DNA of 64,000 bases from Callorhinchus milii (lineage: Eukaryota). Below are positions 1-12,818 of this stretch, in pieces (within the stretch, counting starts at the first letter, position 1; each line of letters starts with the position of its first letter). The position numbers were made by a program, and so were the translations under genes. The notes under the pieces were generated by a model that was given only the letters and a program-made list of their open reading frames with translations, made no database searches and was not told the origin of the DNA. The stretch lies in assembly GCF_018977255.1 (NCBI RefSeq), contig NW_024704743.1, forward strand, positions 87,360,001 to 87,424,000. Reading direction: 5' to 3'.

Positions 1-2853
1 CTGTTCTCGGTCTTGAAGCATAAGCACTCCCATTTCTCTTCTTTCTAGAACCAGGAAATAATGTCCGTGTCTCCCTCCCCCACCTCTCAAAATCCCAGTT
101 GTCAGTTGTAATGTATCCGGGTTGAGAAAAAAACATTTTTAGAGGCTGCAATAAAGGATGATTTTTCTCTCTCTCTGTGACTAGCCTTAGTATGTCACAG
201 AGTTGCTGTTTAAAGTATTCAGATATTTAGGCAAGGAGGCTGAGAATGGGAACAATCATAAATCTGATATATCAAGTGCTGTCAGCATCATTTCTCTTAG
301 TTTCTGTGTTTATACAACAATAACTTGCACTTATATAGCGCCCGCCATGCATTGAAGCATCTCAGAGTAGCAGAGCCTGACTCCGAGCCAGGGTGGGGGA
401 GGTGGCCATGAGCACGGTCGAAGAGGAAGGTTTTCAGGTGGGACTTGAAAAAGGAGAGAGAAGGGGCAAGGCGGAGGGATAGAGGGAGAGTGTTTCAGAG
501 TTTCGGGGCGTAGTGGCTGAAAGTGCAACTTCGATGGTGGGGCAGAGGATGCGAGGGACGAGCAGGAGGCCAGTGCTAGTCGAGTGGAGATGGTGGATTG
601 GGGAGTGAGGAGGTCAGAGAGGTAGGGAGATGCCAGCGAGTGAAGGGATTTGAAATGAGTGTGAGGATCTTGAAGTCGATATGAAGGTTGACTGAAATGT
701 GGTTTATTCCTGAACCTTCACATTTCTCTTTTAATCCGTGGATTGTCCTTGTTAACTGTTGTGTTTTGTGCAAGTATGTGTATGCCTAACCATTCCCCTC
801 TCATGCTCCAGTCCTGTGCTGCAATTCAGTATATCTGTATTCTTGTGTTTAAATATTCTCCCACCATGTAATCAATAGTCTCTGCCAATGGAACTTGAGG
901 CTTTGGGGCGTAAGATCAAAATTAACAGGCAAAAGCCACAACTAATGGTGATGATAAAACACTGGCCCCTTACCGCTGGGATTGCCATGATTGAAGGGCT
1001 GCCTGATTTTAAAACGCTCCTAACTAACTTACTTCACAATTATTACCCGTTTTTTTAAAAAAATGTTTGTAAGTATTGCGAACGACTTTCTCTTTTCCTT
1101 TCTGCTAATATACCTTGAGTATCGGAAACATAATTGGGAGAACTTGTATAGCATTACCCAGCCTGACAGCAAAGGAGTTAAAATAATATCTGTAGAGCAT
1201 TACCATGGAGTGTATCAGTGATGCTTTTTATTTTCAAGAGAGTTTGTGCAAACTAATTTATGCACAGGAACCTCTGTTGTCTGGATCATAGCGAGGCAAA
1301 CCATTGAAACTGCCGCTGGACTGGTTATACTAGACATTAAGATAATACCCAGCGCGTTGGACCACTGATAGCACTGTAATAGCCTTAGGGCATGAGAATT
1401 TTTTTTCATAAATGTTTCAGCAAATGTTCCAAAATGAAATTAATTTAGAAGTCTCTATCTCTGCCACAGTCATGCTCCTACTAGTATTAGGTTACTTTCA
1501 TTCTGTTTGAAATTGGAACACAGCGTTTTGTGAGAATCAGCTTTGAGCTCAGGCTTTCAACAAAAAAAAACTTTTGGATGCCCCAGATAGATTATCCACA
1601 GGCATGCTTTAAACTTCAAAGCCATTTTGTGTACGTTGCTGCTGCGTTGAATACAAAAGGTCATGCAGGTTCTAGTTGGAATTGTTTTGAACTCAGAAAG
1701 CAATTGCTTATAGCAGTCCAGCAGTCCATTTGGGTCCAGCTATTGGCTGGATATTGATCTGCGGCTGAATGCTGCACCTTTCAGTATATGCTCCAGATCT
1801 GGATTAAATATACACTTTACATTGCGGTCTAATTTGTGACGTTTCTAAAATGGATTTTTTAATGAGGAGTTTGGCAAATGGTGGGGTGGGATATGGGGGG
1901 ATGCGAGGTGGAGGGCGGTTGTGGGGAGGAGGTGGGGGAACTTGTCATGCCAACCCACAAGAAATCCAGTCTCATCTGTCTGCTTTGGACCAGTGTTCCC
2001 AGAGGTCAATGGGAACTAACAGAATTTAAAAATACTACAAATTAGACCTTATTGAAGGTATTAGGGTGGATATAAAGATGCTTAGCTAAGGGTCTCTAAG
2101 CTTGGCATCTTCTACGCGTCTTCTCTTTCTCACTCTCTTTATTTACCACTTCTTCTCCCCACAGTAAGCAGGTCTCCTTGGGTTCCAAAGATGACCTGTT
2201 TGGCAGCAGAATGTCAGAATTGAGTCATTCCTTTGTGGTAGTCTTGGTAGTCCGGTGTCTGAGCCGGTAGGTGTGCAGTACTCCAATGCTTGGAGTGACA
2301 AGGTAATCACTGGAAGCAAAATCTTTGCACTTGGCTCATGTTAACCCTGCAAGCCCTCATGGATAAGGTGCTACTAGTTGGACAAGTAGTGCTGTGAGTG
2401 GGCTTACTCGTAACCTATGTGGTTTTAGCTGGTTAAACAGTAACAGTATCCCTAATGCCCAAATTCTCACCAAACCTGTGTCTAATATTCTCTGAAATTA
2501 GGTAATCAGCCTGCATCCATGGATAGAGTACACACTATTCCAGATACAGGGCAATTCCATGTGAAGGTGACCTACATATATGGAACCCAATCTGTTATGG
2601 ATACTCTTAAATATGGTGATGATGGGTTTCTACACATCTGCTGACCAAAAATAAACTCCCTCAAAATAGGGCTATTTATGCAGAGCATAACTGCAGTTAC
2701 TTCTTAAAATTTTGCTATTTTATTTTACTGTATTATATTTTGGGGTAAGTAATTGTTCACATAGTGCTGGTCTCAAAACACGATAAGTGCATTTGATGCG
2801 TTAAAAAATAAAGATACACTAAATTGACCCCAGCATTCAAATGCAAGTAGTTT

Positions 2854-3150
2854 GTGGAGTCCTGAAGCTGAGTGTAAGTGAGAGACTTGAGTTCAATTCC
2901 AGGCAGGGCGAAACCTTGGGCAAGTTTCCTTACTCCACACGCCTAATAATAATCCCTCCAAAACCAAAAACAATAATAAATTGGTCATTTTCAATCTACG
3001 ACTGTGGGACATTGCTGTGCGCAATTGGCTGCCGCGTTCCCCTACAAATATACAGTCAATTCACTTTACAGTGTGTTCTGTGAAGCGCTTTGGGACGTCC
3101 TCCCGACGTGAAAGGCGCTATATCAAATGCAAGGATTATTATTATTATTA
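2854..3150 (+). mobile_element. Young tRNA-headed SINE (family A), small deletion in the head
   Basis: Near-identical body to the copies at 5942, 12506 and 63005; B-box GAGTTCAATTCC; L2-like tail ending (TTA)n. Confidence 0.92.
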
Positions 3151-4514
3151 TAATAATTGTCTTCTTCTTTTTCGCTTCCTCGTTTTATGTGATGAACTTG
3201 TTGCAGTAAAATTGTAATGTGGCTGGTCGCGTAAAGTGAACCATTTGTTTGTTAAATTATTCAGTGCATTAGATATAAAATCCAGTGGCATCAGCCACAC
3301 ATTTTTAACAAACTGCTAATCTGTGGCTGCTGCTTGTAGGATTTATGAGATTTTGATGGTTGGTTGGTTATGAAGGTCACCGATGTTGTGAAATGTAGGG
3401 TATTTTTTTAAAAAAAGAAATGCGGTTGAGGAGCATTACAAGGTATGCAACTTAGCTCACAAACTTCGTGCTTTGGTTTAATTGTTTATTATTGATTGAC
3501 ATGGTTGTCCACATTTTCGAGTCACTGTAGATCGATGCAGAGACACTGCAATTTTATCTTCCGTTGTTCATCCTGCTTTTCTGATTTTTTTTAAACTTGT
3601 TTTAGTTTGTCGGTGCACACATCAGCTCATCTGCGCTCAGGCACGTTGATCTTTGACCAGTTTGCAAGATGAAGTTATTTATTGGAAGATGTGTTGGTAC
3701 ATAAAGATGAGCTGTAAATCAGCTGCTGCAAGCATCTCTCTGACGTTATTCCCAGCTCCTTAATTATATGCGATAGTGTCTCAGGTTTTGTTTTTATTGT
3801 TTTGGTGAATTTTGTGCCCATCAAGTTGAATGATGTTAGTACTGGAGAATTGAACATTTTCTCATTTGCACACCCAATATAACCATCAAGCTCTCCAGGG
3901 TTAGCTCCCAAGCATTAAGGTACAGTCTGAACTTCCCTCCATTTCTCCCCAACAATGTTGTTCACTCCAAACCTCAGAATAGAGTCCCCCACCACCCAAT
4001 GTACCAGTGTTACCTTTTCAATTTCCCATATCAGTCACTTGGTCCATCTGAGGGAGTTAATTTACTGCTGAATACATGGCTGCTTTCTACTGTTAATTCA
4101 TGCCCTCTAACAACTGAACTGAGATTCGATTTAACATTGGTTTTCAATGTTTCTAAAAAATTGTTCCTGCCTACTGGTGAAATGCAGCAGTGTATTTAAG
4201 GTAGCATTGACCACGAGTGAGGACAACCGATTAAAATTCAAGTAACCATCAGTAAACTTGAATTGGGCGCATCAAAACTTCTCTGGACTTCCATCATTGT
4301 TTGACACCCCAGCAGCTGATTTAAACATAATCTATTTGCTCTTTCTGATCAAACATAATCTTACACCCAAAAGATTGTGCAAAAGTGCAATGCTCGAGAC
4401 GCCTGAGAATCAACATGACAGAATATCTTTTAACTTGGTCACTTATGCAGCCTGTAAATATCGAGGCCATTTGAATCCTTTTGGATTTCATGGTTTTTTT
4501 CTCTATCATTGTCT

Positions 4515-5660
4515 CAGAGGCAAACAGGCTTGCAGAATGAGTGGATAAATAGCAGATGAAGTTCAGTATAGAGAAATATGAAGTGATTTCCCTTGAAGCA
4601 GTTTATACCTAAGAGCCAAAGAGAGATAGATGTGCAAAGAGATATGGAGTTGCTAAATTAGTTGCTAAAAATAGCAACATGGTTAGACAAGATCATAAAG
4701 AATTCAAATGGAATCGAGAAGAATAGAATTTAAAAGCAAGGAAGTAACGTTACATTTATATAAAACCTTGTTTCAAGCACATTTTCGGTCCACCTCTGGT
4801 TATCATACCACAGGCAACAATAATAATCCTTGCATTTAATAGAACGCCTAATCACGTCTTCGAGATGTCTCAAAGCGCTTCACAGAATATACTGTAAAGT
4901 GAATTGACTGTATACTTTGTGGGCAAATCAAGACAGCCAATTGTGCGTAGCAGTGTCCCACAAACAGTCATGCATTGAAATGACCAATTTATTATAATTG
5001 TTTTTTTAAGGAATTATTACCCCTGGAAAAGCAATCTGCCAATCGACTAACAACCGGGTTCCTACTTATTGCTTGATAAACAGAGGCGTGTTGAGTAAAG
5101 AAACTTGCCCAACAATTCGCCCTGCAGGGAATTGAACCTAGATCTCTTGCTTGCAAGGCTTGTGCTCTAAGCACTGAGCTACAGGAATCCACAGAGAGAA
5201 TGCATAGAAGATATACTATGATATTATCAAAGTTAAGAAGGTACGACTATCAGGGAAGATAGACAGGTTAGAGCTGTCTCGAAGTTAAGTTGTTTGAGAG
5301 AGGACCTGATAGAGCTATTTAAAATTATGAAGCTTTTAAATAAAGGTGAACATAAATAGACTGTTCCAACTTGTTAGTGAGTCCATAACTGGCGGCATTA
5401 GATATAAGATAGGCCCCACCAGATCAAATGAAAATTTAGGAGGAACCCCTTTACACAGAGAGTAGTGAGAATGTAGAACTCACTGCAGAAGTCGTGGTCG
5501 AAACTTAAAAACATCACTGCATTTAAGAGGAAAGTTGATTTATATATCAAGCAGATGGACAAATAAAGATACCAGTGGTGGGGGGGGGATTAGAATGTGT
5601 AAAGGGTTGTGCAGATTATAAACACTGGCCTGGACCAGTTGCACCATTTGGTCTGTTGGT
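4515..5660 (+). mobile_element. Degraded CR1 LINE 3' portion, interrupted by the SINE at 4819-5192
   Basis: Degenerate CR1 ORF2 C-terminal motifs (QMKFSIEKYEVI, KSKEVTLHLYKTL, DLIELFKIM) and a CR1-like 3' UTR. Confidence 0.7.
4819..5192 (-). mobile_element. Older, longer variant of SINE family A inserted into a CR1 remnant
   Basis: Same head and tail as family A plus about 60 bp of extra internal sequence; CR1-like sequence resumes on both sides. Confidence 0.85.
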
Positions 5661-5941
5661 TCTACAAGAACCACAACAACTTGCTTCCCACAGGACTTGA
5701 CAGTGGTGGAGTCTGACACCGAGCCAGGGGGAGAGCGAAGTGGGAGGTTACTGCAAGCGCGATCTTTAGGCTGGATTTGAAAGTGGGGTGAGTGGACGAG
5801 GCGGAGGGTTTGAGGGAGAGAGTTTCAGATTGTCGGGGCGTAGTGGCTGAAGGCATGGCCACTGATGGTGTAGCGGAGGGGACGAGGGACAAACAAGCGG
5901 CCAGAGCCAGCCGACCTAAAAATGAACATAATGAATGTTTC

Positions 5942-6263
5942 TAATAATAATAATAATAATCCTTGCATTTGATATAGTGCTTTTCACGTCGGGAGGACGT
6001 CCCAAAGCGTTTCACAGAACACACTGTAAAGTGAATTGACTGTATATTTGTGGGTGAACACGGCAGCCAATTGTGCACAGCAATGTCCCACAAACAGTCG
6101 TAGATTGAAAATGACCAATTTATTATTGTTTTTGGTTTTGGAGGGATTATTATTAGGCGTGTGGAGTAAGGAAACTTGCCCAAGGTTTCGCCCTGCCTGG
6201 AATTGAACTCAGGTCTCTCACTTGCAAAGCGAGTGCTCTAACCACAGAGCTACAGGACTCCAC
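5942..6263 (-). mobile_element. Young tRNA-headed SINE (family A), full length
   Basis: Reverse complement of the 63005 copy with few differences; A/B boxes; (TAA)n tail. Confidence 0.95.
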
Positions 6264-6286
6264 AACCATGAACCCTATAGCTCATA

Positions 6287-6402
6287 CAAGGTGACCAAAA
6301 AGTCGTAAAGTTCCCGGATTATCAAAACCAACACAAAAATATCATCATTTCTTTAAGATTTATCAGATATTGTAATGGTATCACAACTTTTTGGTCCCCC
6401 TG
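6287..6402. mobile_element. Tc1/mariner-type MITE (116 bp)
   Basis: TIRs CAAGGTGACCAAAAAGTCGT and ACAACTTTTTGGTCCCCCTG (17/20 complementary), flanked by TA at 6285-6286 and 6403-6404. Confidence 0.75.
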
Positions 6403-8459
6403 TACATATATGAATAGGTCTGTTCAATTGAAGCAATGGTAAGCACTATTGTAATGAAACCGCTGGATGTTCTTTGAATAATATCCTGCAGGGAATTGAA
6501 ACTAGAGGTTCGCTGTCACTACTCAGATTTCCTTTTAAAAAATCAAGAGAAGCAGAATTGCGTAGGAGTTAACATTTGATGTAATTCCACCTATTGAAAT
6601 TTATGGCAAAATGTAATAATGTTGCTGTGTACAGCTTTGATAATAACATTGGATGAGGTTGTGCGCAGGTGGGTGGGCGAGATAGAAAAATCTGTAAGTG
6701 TTTGATATAAAACTATGTAACTGGACATTTCTTATAGCATGTAAATTTCAGTGCACATAGTTTCAAAGCTGTAACTACCCATAGCTCAAAAAAACAGTAA
6801 TAGGATGGGGTGGGATGGGATAGACTGAGTTCCCATCCAAAATTCTTGAGAAGGCCATTCATGCATTCTAGGTCCTGTCATTGGGAGAGTTTGTTTAGGT
6901 ATTTATCCCACAGGTCATCATCTATTATCTCACCCTGTCTCAGTAAACTATAAACTGCAGTCTCTTTCCTTGTCACCTAATTAAGTGAACATTTCAATTA
7001 GTGTCCGGCAGCCATTCTGATTGAATGAGTAAAATATTGGTAGATGGTCTGTGGGTAAGAAAGCAAAGGGGAACTGCATGTTATAGTGAGGCCTCTTAAT
7101 ACAGTTCCCCTGGGAAGCCTCTTTTACAAGGGAAATCACACTGACTGAATGATTCAATTAATGCCACGTTTATATTGCAGCATCAGTGTGCAATATAACT
7201 GAGGCAGCGCTGATGCTTCCAGAGGCAGTTACCATGTGTGTCCCAAAGTCACTCCGGAGCTCCAAAGCACCTAAGACAGAGAGCTGAATGGTGTCTCTCA
7301 CTGCCATGAGTTGTGCTGGCTTCCGTGGTTTTTTAAAAGCTCTGGGAAAATTTAGCTGAAGAGCTCAAGCCCACCTCAAGAGGCTAATCAGGGAATGCTC
7401 ATGGCCTGTAAATCGAAAGATCACAACCTGCGACTTGAAAGTTACTGGGCAATGCTTTCAAGTTGCAAGTGTTCACATCTGCTGAGGTGTGTCTGTGTTG
7501 ATGGTTTTGATTCCCGTCTGCAATGTAAACAGGACAGGTTCTGTGGGGACCCGGAATATCCTTAAAGCTAAATGCAGAGTAAATAAAATCCCAGGTTGAA
7601 CTTTGAACCATTCTCTATTGCAGTTTCAGTCTTGTTGGCTTGTGCAAACTGTATTTAAATACCATTACAATGTTCAGTATTGCTAATAAACTGAACAAAA
7701 AAAATTGCAAGCATTTTCAGTTGTTCCTTGTTAGTATATGTGTACAATTTTACTTCTTTTAAAAAAAAGTTTCACTATTGCTTAATGCAGCCGTGGGTCA
7801 CTCAAAATATGTGTTACTAGAGGAAGTCATTGTGAACCCTCAACCAAATTGTTGTGCTAAATGTGGATTACATTGACATTCTGTACATTGGATTGCTGTA
7901 CATTCTGTAATATAATTCTTACTTCCATGCCATCATTCTGTGAATAGCAGTGATAAGTGGTGAAACTCTACAGTGCAGCATACTCTTGTCGGGGTGATGC
8001 AATCTATCTTGATGTGTAAACCTGGTATGAAATAAACAAGTGTTCTTGTCACTTAGCCTTGCTCCTACTTCTTTAAAACTGGAATCACAAGAACTCCCTT
8101 CCCTTCCCTGTAAATATGCATTACAATTTACAATACATATTTACACTTATACAATGCCTTTTATGCCGGGATGACCTCCCAAAGCGCTTGAAATTCTGCC
8201 TGACTACCACAGCTGAGGGTGGAGGTGGACAGGAGTGAGGAGGGGAAAGATGACCGAAAGAACAGTCAGAGGTACGTTTTGAGAACTACCTTGAAAGAGG
8301 GGAGTGAGTAAGTGAGTAAATATTGTTTGCTAAGTAATTATATCAAAGATTAATGGTACTTTACTATGATGGTTGGAGGATGAAGGAACAGCCTATTCTG
8401 TGTGCAGTATTAGATTGGAAAATAAATCTGCTTTATTTGAAGTTGTTAAGAAGTAAACG

Positions 8460-8607
8460 AGTAACAACTGGGTTCCTACTTATTGCTAGATAAACAAGGG
8501 CATGTGGAGAAAGGAAAGTTGCTTAAGGTTTCGCCCCGCCCAGACTTGAACCTGAGTCCTCTCTCTTGTGAGGCGAGCGCGCTAATCACTACGCTACGGG
8601 ATTCCAC
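8460..8607 (-). mobile_element. 5' half of the long SINE family A variant (CAC at the anticodon position)
   Basis: tRNA-like head plus the internal segment gtttatctagcaataagtaggaaccc shared with 4819-5192. Confidence 0.75.
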
Positions 8608-11210
8608 AAAGAGGGAAGGGGGAGGTGACTGCATGAGTGAATGAAGAGGTAGTTTATTAGGCTGGATTTAAAGATGGATAGAGATGGGGAGAGGCTATAG
8701 GGAGGGAGTTCCAGAGATTGGTGGTACAGTTGCTGAAGGCTTGGCCAGATGGTGGGGGCGAGGGATGCTCAGCAAGGCCGTAGTTTATTGTTTTTGGAAC
8801 AGGATTTCACATGGGTTTTTATTTTGTCCCATTTATATACTGTACTACAAACATGATAATTTAAAGGATTCACTCTTTCAAATTGATTGCACAGCTGATC
8901 TATGTAGACAGCCTTATTTGACCATCATAAGCACTTTGAGACATCTCGAAGATGTGATAAAGCGCTATATCAAATGCAAGGATTATTATTATCAGCATAC
9001 TGATCTGAATCCAGATGATTGATTTATTGCTGCAAACTCTATATGGGCAGTGAGCAAATGTCACACCATTCTGGAGATGCTGCAGTCACACCGACATCTA
9101 TTGGTCATATTCATTCCTTGCCTGTTTCCAGCTATCAAAGGCAGCTAACAAGTACAGCAATGGTGTTGCCAGTATTGGCAAGAACTGTGACCAAACGAGT
9201 GTCTGTGAGGAATGTTTAAAGAGTTTAACATTTTCTCTGGACTGGAAACTTCAGAGCCCAGACTTGTGGAATATTCTTGAATTCAGACATAATGTAATGA
9301 AGTCAAATTAAGGTTGTTTTTTTTAATTCTGCAATTCTGTACAATCTTACATTTTAAGGACAAAATAGCCTTGCAGGCTAAGACTAGGTGAAATTTTGGG
9401 CCTTTTTTTTCTATAACTTCATATCCTGCATGTAAAACATTTTGGAATATGGGCCTTACCATGAAAGGCCCTGAGCTGTTATTGTGATTGATTTTTGATT
9501 ATCCAGTGTTAATTATTATCATTTGCCTATAAAAATACAGTCACTACACTTTGCAGTGAATCCTGTGAAACTCTTTCAGTCATCTTCTCAATGTGAAAGG
9601 CACTGTATCAAATGCAAGGATTATTTTGTTTTAGTGCATTTATTTTGCAGTGCAAAATTCAGCTTCCCATTCACTTGCCATTAACTCTGCACATAAAGCC
9701 TATAAAGTAGGTTCAAAAACCCACGCTACAAATAGGCTGGATACTCAGGGTGAGTGTATGTAATCTCCTCTCTCCCCCTTCTCCCATGCTCAGTATCCAA
9801 TCCCGTTCAACTACATGAAGGCTGCTATATAAATGGAAGTTGTTGTGGCAGTGGTGGTTATTGTTGTCTGGTATGGGGTGGGTGGGCTGTTTTTGCCCCA
9901 CCTCCCCGTACCTCTCCAGCTACTGTAAAAATGCAGTTTGTGCAATTTGTCTGCCTGTCTGCTGGCTTCACCAAACCACAAAAACAAGATGATTCCACAG
10001 CATCACTTCTACACTTCTAAATGCAGTAACAAATGTAGTTAAGGCAACTGCAAACATCAAACCATGACCGTGCCTGAAATGTCAAGCTCAGTGAATTATA
10101 GAGCTTGCTAAGTACCCACTTATTCTCCCCGGTGTAAATTCTGATCCATCTATTTGCTTTTGTGTGTCCAGAAATGAATGCAATTACCAGTTGCTTTAAT
10201 TAGAGGAGTGTACATAGGCAGCATTCCTTTATATTTATATTGAAGTTCATTCAGGCTTCATAAAGTCACCTAAAGGGAGAGATAGGAGAGGAGGGAGATT
10301 GAAGTTGGTTAGGCACTTCCATACTGGTGCAATTACTCACTGATTAAATAGTATTGTAGCATATTGATTTATATTATCATGTTGTATGTTGGACAACTTT
10401 GCAAAGCCTTTATTTATGTCCTTTTAAAGTATACGGTTAGGCTGAATGTTTTATTCCTATTGGTAGGTTGTTTTGTTAATAGTTAACTCTGAGCACAACC
10501 ATGCATATAAATTGAAATTTATTTGGCGTTCTGGTTGCTACCCTGCATGAGGGGTGCTATATGTATGCAAGTTGTTGAAATTTTGGGATCCTTTTCACGT
10601 AAAGATGCAGGTTGGCGGAGCCTCGGTTTATAAAAGTAACTATGGGTAGTGCAGCTTTAAGTGATCTGAAAATCTCTATAGAGGAGGTCTGATACTATGT
10701 GTGCAGACTGCAGTGGAAGTTCAGTGCTGTGAGGGGTTAAGAGCAGGAATGAGAGCTCCTATCGGAAACGCAGCTTTCAGGCGGCCAGAATACAGAATGG
10801 ATTCAATTAAATGCTGGAGCTGTGCATTTGTAATTAATGCAAACCCCTCCTGATATGTGTGAAGTCATTCAAACTCTTCAGTATTGATTAAGCTCCATGG
10901 ATGCCAGCAGCTGTCAAACGCCTTTTTTTGTCGATCTCTTTCGAGATCTCAGGGAAGAGCTGTGTTGTGGTCAGGGCAAGGGAAGAAGGGAAGCTTCTTT
11001 CAGGCATCGGGAACCTGCTTGCCTATGAGAAGTGACTGTAGTCAGCCTGTGGCGAATGAGTGAATGTGTGTGTTCGAGACAGAGGGCACAGCATCCAACC
11101 TTCTGGCTGTCAAGAGTTGCCTCTCGGCTGAACCGGATTCAGCAGTGCCTGACCAGTCGAGAAAGAAACCAGCATGGAATTAACCCGCACCTTGCCTCGT
11201 CTGCTTTCAG

Positions 11211-11293
11211 ATACCGGCCAGAAGAAGACCCCAGAGAAGAAGGATGCACGGCGAATGTCTTTTCAGAAGCCCAAGGGGACTATGGAATACATG
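11211..11293 (+). CDS. OXR1: OXR1 coding exon (D)TGQKKTPEKKDARRMSFQKPKGTMEYM, entering the LysM domain
   Basis: Acceptor ctgctttcAG at 11209-11210 and donor GTAAGT at 11294. Peptide matches recalled vertebrate OXR1 DTGQKKTLDKKDGRRMSFQKPKGTIEYT. Phase 1 to 0. Confidence 0.95.
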
Positions 11294-12505
11294 GTAAGTG
11301 ACAGCAAAAGATCATGTTGTTTGTACAAGTCTTCAAAATTAACTCCCAACTTATTGTGATTTGTGGGGAAAGCCAGATCCAGGGCAGTCTGACATTTTCC
11401 CCCCAGATTGTAATTCAGTGACAGTGCTGTGCTGCTCTCCCTTAACTTGAATTGCATAAGCCGGTGGCCAGTGTCCCGCTCCACGGCCACTGAGGACTGA
11501 CCCACCTGACAGTGCTATCGTTTCTATCGATCCTTCAGTCTCTATAGCCGACCTTAGGTCCCCGGGAATTGCAGAAAATGGAGCCTGGCTGAGTCTGTGG
11601 AGTGCTCTTGAAATGACCCTGTTGTCAGCTGCAGTCAGGTTAGAAAGCGCTGGTTACTATGGAAAAGTGCATGTGAATCCCAGCTGGCAGGTGCAGTTTA
11701 CAGAGGCTCTCTTTCCCATAAGTCATTTTTTTTTAATCTAGCATTTCAACATTTTTTTTATTAATTATTATTTGGTCCTTTTTTTTACAAAATAATCTAT
11801 TCCTCTCAAAAGTAGAAAGAAAGAATTTGAGTTCTTACAGCGCCTTTTCACGTTGCAATATCTCTGCTTCACAAAAAATTCATGTGAGGTGTAGTGACTG
11901 TTTTTGAAGGCAAATACAGCAGCCAATTGCACCAGCAATACCCAACAAACAGCCGCGAGGTTAATTGCCAATTTATCCGGAGGACTGATAGTTTGACCAA
12001 TAGGAGGAACTTCCTTCTCTTTTCAAATAATATCATGGCATTTTTACCATCCATTTGGACAGGCAGGCAGGACTTTACTTTAACACTGGACGGCATCTCA
12101 TCACGCTTAATGTCTCTGAAAGATGGTACCTAAGATAATACAGCACTCTCCAGTTACTGCCAAACTGTGCCATTGTTAAGCACTCCTGGACATCATCCCA
12201 TGTGAAGGGCACTACATAAATGCAAATTGTTGAAATGAGGTCAAGTAACGCAAGAAAAAAACAGGTACCTGCAGGTTGATTCCTATCCAGTCTGCCACCA
12301 AAATGCAAATTGAATTGTTTTGTTTTTGAAAACATTAAGATAATATTATGACCTTTGCAAAACTGTTAATTTGCTACATAAGATTAAGGGGATACCATTT
12401 TTTGACCAAAACTCTCAGGATTCCCTTATTATTAAGAGATGCAATGGAGCCCATTATAAGGTGGTAGTTGGGATCCTTAAATCCCAACCCACTTTTACAG
12501 GACTT

Positions 12506-12818
12506 GTGGAGTCCTGTAGCTCAGTGGTTAGAGCACTTGCTTTGCAAGTGAGAGTCCTGGGTTCAATTCCAGGCAGGGCGAAACCTTGGGCAAGTTTCCT
12601 TACTCCACACACCTAATAATAATCCCTCCAAAACCAAAAACAATAATAAATTGATCATTTTCGATCTACGACTGTTTGTGGGACATTGCTGTGCGCAATT
12701 GGCTGCCGTGTTCGCCCACAAATATACAGTCAATTCACTTTACAGTGTGTTCTGTGAAGCGCTTTGGGATGTCCTCCCGACGTGAAAAGCGCTATATCAA
12801 AATGCAAGGATTATTATA
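12506..12818 (+). mobile_element. Young tRNA-headed SINE (family A), full length
   Basis: A box TAGCTCAGTGG, B box GGTTCAATTCC, TGC at the anticodon position (tRNA-Ala-like), shared body and tail. Confidence 0.95.

Noticed and set aside
1880..1940. G-rich tracts with G-quadruplex potential (also about 23770-23810 and 58610-58710)
   Set aside because: Mostly L2 3' UTR purine tracts or low-complexity sequence; no evidence of function.
2546..2832. Possible DNA transposon starting cagggcaattccatgt
   Set aside because: Only a weak inverted match at the other end and no clear TSD.
2841..3217. Recurrent ORFs GKFPYSTRLIIIPPKPK / NIQSIHFTV that look like a small gene family
   Set aside because: Chance translations of SINE family A copies in varying frames.
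12506..12580. tRNA-Ala(TGC)-like gene (also at about 6190-6263, 18220 and 63005)
   Set aside because: No complete acceptor stem or Pol III terminator; always fused to the same SINE body, so these are SINE heads.
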